A stretch of 59,949 nucleotides of DNA, the filler included. It is 10 parts of 10 records of this genome, joined end to end, with 100 filler letters (N's around TTAATTAATTAA, not from the genome) between each part and the next. Parts side by side here need not be neighbours in the genome. Positions count along the whole stretch, not along the records: positions 52,761 to 59,949 come from SRR31147125_173485; 9 more parts are not named here. One strand, 5' to 3'. The notes under the pieces are model-generated. The model searched no databases. It was not told the origin of the DNA and saw only the letters and a program-made list of their open reading frames with translations. Position 1 is the first letter of the stretch, and each line of letters begins with the position of its first letter. Shown one piece after another: positions 55,329-59,949 of this stretch. Position numbers and translations under genes: made by a program.

Positions 55329-56300
55329 TCAGATCAGAAAACGGAATTCACCTTTGCCGAGCAGATCGTGGAGATGGAGTATGCCGAGCAGACACTGCTC
55401 AGCATCGACCACGGGCAGTACCGTTACCTCATGGTGCTGCATGACGCTCAGTGCATCGACTGCCAGCATATCATAAGAAATCGTAATCGGATTTCTGGTC
55501 ATCAATTCAGCAACCGGAGTCGCACCAAGATCAATGCCGGATGCCACGTATCGTCGCACATCACCATCGGTGACAATGCCATCGACCGACTGCTTCGCTC
55601 CGGTCACGATAACCGCACCGAGATTTTTACCGTTCAACTCAGCCACGGCTTCCTGAACACGTGCATCGCTGACCACACTCGGAACTCTTTCGCCGGTAAG
55701 CATGACCTCCGAGACCTTGACTTTGAGACGGGCCCCGAGACTTCCGGCCGGATGGTTGAAACGAAAATCCTCCGCCTTGAAGTGATTTCGATTCATCAGC
55801 ACGACCGCAAGCGCATCTCCCAGAGCCAGGGTTGCGGTTGTACTGGTGGTCGGCGCCAGCCCGAGCACGCAGGCCTCCCGCGGAATCGATATATCAAGTA
55901 CGACATCCGCTGCTCTTCCAAGAGTGGAGGAAACACCACCGGTCATCGCGATCACCGCTCTGCACCGCCTTCCAAGGTTTGCGAGCAGGCTGTTTAATTC
56001 ACTGGTTTCCCCAGAGTATGAAATCGCCAGTACCACATCTGTCTTCTGGACCATACCCAGATCACCGTGCATTGCCTCGACCGGGTGCAGGAAAAAGGAA
56101 GGGGTACCCGTTGAATTCAAAGTCGCACATATCTTCTGCCCGATAATACCGGATTTCCCGATTCCCGTGATTATCAGTCTGCTCGGGCAGTCGAGAATCA
56201 ACTCCGCAGCTTTGATAAAGTCCGCACCAATGCGTTGCCGCACTGCGGCCAGCCCTTCTTCTTCGATCAGCAGTACTTCCTGTGCCTGCTCAATGGTCAT
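55329..56300 (-). CDS. kdsD: KpsF/GutQ family arabinose-5-phosphate isomerase (SIS + CBS)
   Basis: TGIGKSG, STGTPS, EAMHGDLG, SYSGET, APTTST, HPAGSLG, CBS pair. Confidence 0.93.
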   Translation of the reverse strand: MTIEQAQEVLLIEEEGLAAVRQRIGADFIKAAELILDCPSRLIITGIGKSGIIGQKICATLNSTGTPSFFLHPVEAMHGDLGMVQKTDVVLAISYSGETSELNSLLANLGRRCRAVIAMTGGVSSTLGRAADVVLDISIPREACVLGLAPTTSTTATLALGDALAVVLMNRNHFKAEDFRFNHPAGSLGARLKVKVSEVMLTGERVPSVVSDARVQEAVAELNGKNLGAVIVTGAKQSVDGIVTDGDVRRYVASGIDLGATPVAELMTRNPITISYDMLAVDALSVMQHHEVTVLPVVDAEQCLLGILHLHDLLGKGEFRFLI

Positions 56301-56513
56301 ATCCGACCCCCTTCATGTGAAAACTGGTTGTACTCGTAAGTTCCGCTCCCGTATAACAGCCTGGATTGGCCACTTTATCTCCCCGTTTATACGGATATGT
56401 CTTGACACATAATCACTCCGGGATTCTTATATGAGGCTTGGCAATTTAGAGCATCATGCATACATTAGCAACCGGTAAATGTGCACAATAATAACAATAG
56501 AAACGGAAAAATC

Positions 56514-57677
56514 ATGTCAAGTTACCTTTTTACTTCAGAATCAGTCTCCGAGGGACACCCGGACAAAGTGGCCGATCAGATTTCCGACGCCATCCTCGAC
56601 GCGATCCTCGCCCAGGACAAACATGCGCGGGTGGGCTGTGAAACGATGGTTACCACCGGTATGGTCCTGGTAGCCGGAGAGATCACCACCTCGGCGTGGG
56701 TGGATATCCCCGACGTGGTGCGCCAGACCATAAAGGAGATTGGTTACAACTCGTCGGACATGGGCTTCGACTGGCAGTCATGTGCGATCCTGACGTCCAT
56801 TGACAAGCAATCCTCCGACATCGCCCAGGGCGTTGACGAAGGCACGGGAGTAGACCTCGACCAGGGAGCGGGAGACCAGGGCCTGATGTTCGGGTACGCC
56901 TGCAGCGACACTGATATGCTGATGCCGATGCCAATCTACTATGCGCATCAGTTGACCATGCGCCAGGCGGAAGTCCGCAAATCAAGCCGCCTTCCCTGGC
57001 TGCGTCCCGACGCCAAGAGCCAGGTTACGGTCCAGTATGTCGACAACGTTCCAACCCGGATCGACGCCGTCGTCCTGTCCACCCAGCACGATGAGAGCAT
57101 CGCCTACGAGGATCTCAAGGAAGGGGTCATGGAGGAGATAATCAAACCTATTTTACCCGTCGATATGATCGACGCCGATACCACGTTCTTCATCAATCCA
57201 ACCGGGCGTTTCGTCATCGGCGGTCCCGTCGGCGACTGCGGAGTCACCGGCAGGAAAATAATCGTCGACACCTACGGCGGAAAAGGCTCACACGGCGGCG
57301 GCGCATTCTCCGGAAAGGATCCCTCCAAGGTCGACCGCTCTTCATCGTATATGGGCAGATATATAGCGAAAAACCTCGTCGCCGCGGGCATTGCCAGTGA
57401 GCTTGAAGTGCAGGTCGCCTATGCAATCGGCATATCCCAGCCGGTTTCGGTAAACATCAACAGTTTCGGAACCGGAAAAATCAGCGACGACAGGATCAAA
57501 GACCTGGTGGTCAAGCACTTCGATCTCAGGCCGAAATCGATCATCCAGCAACTTGATCTGCTGCGCCCGATCTATCGCGAGACCGCCGCCTACGGGCACT
57601 TCGGTCGCAATTGTGATAATTTCTCGTGGGAGCGCACGGACAAAGCCGAGGGGCTGAAAGCTGCCGCCGGACTCTAA
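56514..57677 (+). CDS. metK: S-adenosylmethionine synthetase
   Basis: [28 protein letters not shown]. Confidence 0.99.
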   Translation: MSSYLFTSESVSEGHPDKVADQISDAILDAILAQDKHARVGCETMVTTGMVLVAGEITTSAWVDIPDVVRQTIKEIGYNSSDMGFDWQSCAILTSIDKQSSDIAQGVDEGTGVDLDQGAGDQGLMFGYACSDTDMLMPMPIYYAHQLTMRQAEVRKSSRLPWLRPDAKSQVTVQYVDNVPTRIDAVVLSTQHDESIAYEDLKEGVMEEIIKPILPVDMIDADTTFFINPTGRFVIGGPVGDCGVTGRKIIVDTYGGKGSHGGGAFSGKDPSKVDRSSSYMGRYIAKNLVAAGIASELEVQVAYAIGISQPVSVNINSFGTGKISDDRIKDLVVKHFDLRPKSIIQQLDLLRPIYRETAAYGHFGRNCDNFSWERTDKAEGLKAAAGL

Positions 57678-57711
57678 TCAATTCAGAAAGAAGCACAGAA
57701 CAGGATTTATC

Positions 57712-59010
57712 ATGACCTCACCCACCAACGATTACAAAGTAGCAGATATGTCCCTGGCAGACTGGGGACGCAAAGAAATAGCCATCGCAGAGACGGAAAT
57801 GCCCGGCCTGATGAGTCTGCGCGAGCAGTATAGGGGCCAGCAGCCGCTGAAAGGGGCACAGATCGCCGGTTGTATCCACATGACCATTCAGACTGCCGTG
57901 CTGATGGAAACCCTGGTTGAACTCGGAGCTGAAATCCGCTGGTCCTCGTGCAACATATTCTCGACCCAGGATCATGCGGCTGCTGCAATGGCCGCAGCCG
58001 GAAACCCGACCTTCGCCTGGAAAGGCGAGAGTGAAGAGGAATTCTGGTGGTGCATCGACCAGACAATTTTCGGCCCCGACGGATGGCGCCCCAATATGAT
58101 CCTCGACGACGGTGGCGACCTCACCCTGGTCATGCACCAGAAATATACGGAGCAGATGGAGCAGGTCCGGGGAATAACCGAAGAGACCACAACCGGTGTT
58201 CATCGCCTCAACGAGATGGCAGAAGACGGAACACTGCTGTGCCCGGCTTTCAACGTGAACGATTCGGTCACCAAGTCGAAGTTCGACAACCTCTACGGCT
58301 GCCGCGAATCGCTGCTCGACGGGATCAAGCGGGCAACCGACGTGATGGTGGCCGGCAAGGTTGCCGTGGTCGCAGGATACGGAGATGTCGGCAAGGGATG
58401 CGCCCAGGCGCTGGCCGGGATGGGAGCGATCGTGCTGGTCACCGAGGTAGACCCGATCTGTGCACTCCAGGCCGCGATGGAAGGCTACCGGGTTGTGACG
58501 ATGGAGGAGGCTGCGCCAATCGGGAATATCTTCGTCACCTGCACCGGCAACGTCGACGTCATTACACGGGCCCATATGGAGCAGATGCCCGACGAAGCGA
58601 TTGTCTGCAACATCGGTCACTTCGACTCTGAAATAGATATCGCGTCGATCAGAGAACTCGAATGGGACTCGATCAAGCCCCAGGTCGATCATGTGACGTT
58701 TCCCGACGGCAAGAAGATCATTATCCTTGCCGAAGGACGTCTGGTCAACCTCGGCTGCGCGACCGGCCACCCCAGTTTCGTGATGAGCAACTCATTCACT
58801 AACCAGGTGCTCGCTCAGATCGAGTTGTGGAACAACGGGGATGCCTATGATAACAACGTCTACTTCCTTCCCAAGAAACTCGATGAGATGGTAGCGCGGC
58901 TTCACCTGTCGAAAATAGGAGCCAATCTCAGCACCCTGACTCAGAAACAGGCCGACTACATCGGCGTCGGTGTCGAGGGACCCTTCAAACCGGGTTATTA
59001 CCGCTACTAG
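57712..59010 (+). CDS. ahcY: Adenosylhomocysteinase
   Basis: [43 protein letters not shown]. Confidence 0.99.
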   Translation: MTSPTNDYKVADMSLADWGRKEIAIAETEMPGLMSLREQYRGQQPLKGAQIAGCIHMTIQTAVLMETLVELGAEIRWSSCNIFSTQDHAAAAMAAAGNPTFAWKGESEEEFWWCIDQTIFGPDGWRPNMILDDGGDLTLVMHQKYTEQMEQVRGITEETTTGVHRLNEMAEDGTLLCPAFNVNDSVTKSKFDNLYGCRESLLDGIKRATDVMVAGKVAVVAGYGDVGKGCAQALAGMGAIVLVTEVDPICALQAAMEGYRVVTMEEAAPIGNIFVTCTGNVDVITRAHMEQMPDEAIVCNIGHFDSEIDIASIRELEWDSIKPQVDHVTFPDGKKIIILAEGRLVNLGCATGHPSFVMSNSFTNQVLAQIELWNNGDAYDNNVYFLPKKLDEMVARLHLSKIGANLSTLTQKQADYIGVGVEGPFKPGYYRY

Positions 59011-59034
59011 GGTACATACTCAAGCGTTCACCTA

Positions 59035-59078
59035 CCAAAAAAGGAGCAGTCGGCAGCGCCGTTCTGCTCCTTTTTTGG
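59035..59078. terminator. Rho-independent terminator after ahcY (bidirectional shape)
   Basis: CCAAAAAAGGAGCAG..CTGCTCCTTTTTTGG. Confidence 0.85.
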
Positions 59079-59170
59079 TTCACCATACAGCCAGTGCATG
59101 CTCCGGCACCTCTGATGTCCTGCAACAGGTCAGAGCGGCCCGCACCGCATCCATTTTTGCCACACTGCCA

Positions 59171-59198
59171 CAAAAAAAGGCGCAGAACTCCTATGAGC
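59171..59198 (-). terminator. Rho-independent terminator after dsrD
   Basis: AAGGCGCAGA..TCTGCGCCTT hairpin followed by a T7 tract on the minus strand. Confidence 0.8.
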
Positions 59199-59238
59199 TC
59201 TGCGCCTTGAACAAACTTCGGAAAAACAGGTAGTGCGT

Positions 59239-59475
59239 TTATTTTTCCTCGTTCTGAATACGACTCGGATCCGCATACATCGTTGTAGATCCAGACGACC
59301 AGAACATCAAGCGGCCTTCACGAACGAGCTCGTTGGCCACGTTCTTGATCTTGCGCGGTTTCGTATCCGGGTCGCACTTGTAAAAATCTTTTATATACAA
59401 CTGCGGCTTTGGTGATTTTGCTGCTTTTTCACAAATCGCATCTTTTAGTTCATCATCACTCAGAGGCATTTCCAT
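59239..59475 (-). CDS. dsrD: Dissimilatory sulfite reductase D protein
   Basis: K.QLYIKDF..PRKIKN...LV.EG.L.FWSSGSTTMY. Directly downstream of dsrB. Confidence 0.95.
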   Translation of the reverse strand: MEMPLSDDELKDAICEKAAKSPKPQLYIKDFYKCDPDTKPRKIKNVANELVREGRLMFWSSGSTTMYADPSRIQNEEK

Positions 59476-59559
59476 TCTCCTTTTTTAATGTGACCAAAAG
59501 GGCATCAAAGCCTGCTCCGCAGTGCGAAGCAGGCTCTCGATCAGCAGAAAACCAGTCAA

Positions 59560-59949
59560 TTACTTGATATGGCTGGAATACTTAAACTGAGTGGTTGTAC
59601 GCCAGGTGTCATACGCAAGGCGATAATCATCGATGCTCTTTTCTGTAAATGGGATATCGCATTTCTCATAGAAGCGCTCCCAACCAATCCTCTCCGCCCA
59701 CTCACCAACGCGCTCATACTTGCGTGCGTCTTTCGCGTAGGCTTCAACGATCTTCCTGATAGCCTCAACCGTTTCCGGCCAGCGAGGCGGGGTGTTCGGC
59801 AAGAACGGAATAACGAGCTTGGAGAACTTTGGTGCAGAACGGCTGTTGGAAATCTTTCCACCAACCAGAATTGCAATGCCGTCACCTTCCGGATCCGCCA
59901 GCGGCATAGCCGGACACATGGTGTAGCAGTTACCACAGAACATACAGCG
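59560..59949 (-). CDS. dsrB: Dissimilatory sulfite reductase beta subunit (5'-partial)
   Basis: CMFCGNCYTMCP, VGGKISN, PNTPPRWP, ARKYERVGEWAERIGWERF. Confidence 0.97.
   Translation of the reverse strand, partial: RCMFCGNCYTMCPAMPLADPEGDGIAILVGGKISNSRSAPKFSKLVIPFLPNTPPRWPETVEAIRKIVEAYAKDARKYERVGEWAERIGWERFYEKCDIPFTEKSIDDYRLAYDTWRTTTQFKYSSHIK

Noticed and set aside
56301-56513. SAM/SAH riboswitch or clear promoter upstream of metK
   Set aside because: No SAM-I core seen. TTGACA at 56402 lacks a well-spaced -10 element.

Overview
This window is not one locus. It is ten unrelated contigs of about 5-7 kb, joined by nine artificial 100-nt spacers (44 N + TTAATTAATTAA + 44 N), which looks like a concatenated metagenome assembly from an anoxic community. 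Contig 1 (1-6711, AT-rich, Clostridia-like): beta-helix protein, MDR dehydrogenase, sugar-type ABC transporter, Fe-S subunit. Contig 2 (6812-13982, Myxococcota/delta-like): ftsW-murG-ftsQ-ftsA-ftsZ, lipoprotein, TPR-PEGA protein, thiD. Contig 3 (14083-19478, spirochaete-like): hybrid kinase and peptidoglycan-recycling genes. Contig 4 (19579-25551, Gammaproteobacteria-like): two-component pair, maeA, crcB, AEC transporter. Contig 5 (25652-31293): internal fragment of one giant surface protein. Contig 6 (31394-36621, Desulfobacterota-like): PfpI, gene debris, DUF2917/MocR pair with operator, REP doublet, Fe-S/FAD oxidoreductase. Contig 7 (36722-41965): HAD-ATPase fusion, USP, kinase, sigma54 regulator. 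Contigs 8-9 (42066-52660): a compact eukaryote (protist-like) genome with short introns (TraB/TRABD, PH-CLU-TPR, stathmin-like protein). Contig 10 (52761-59949, Desulfobulbales-like): E2/UBC-TM-TPR protein, KpsF/GutQ, metK, ahcY, dsrD, dsrB. Many genes are split by single-base losses in homopolymer runs, most likely sequencing error. The best candidate for an undescribed system is the bacterial membrane protein whose N-terminus is a ubiquitin-conjugating (E2)-like domain with an intact catalytic-position Cys. All family and taxon assignments come from motif recognition by eye; no database searches were run.
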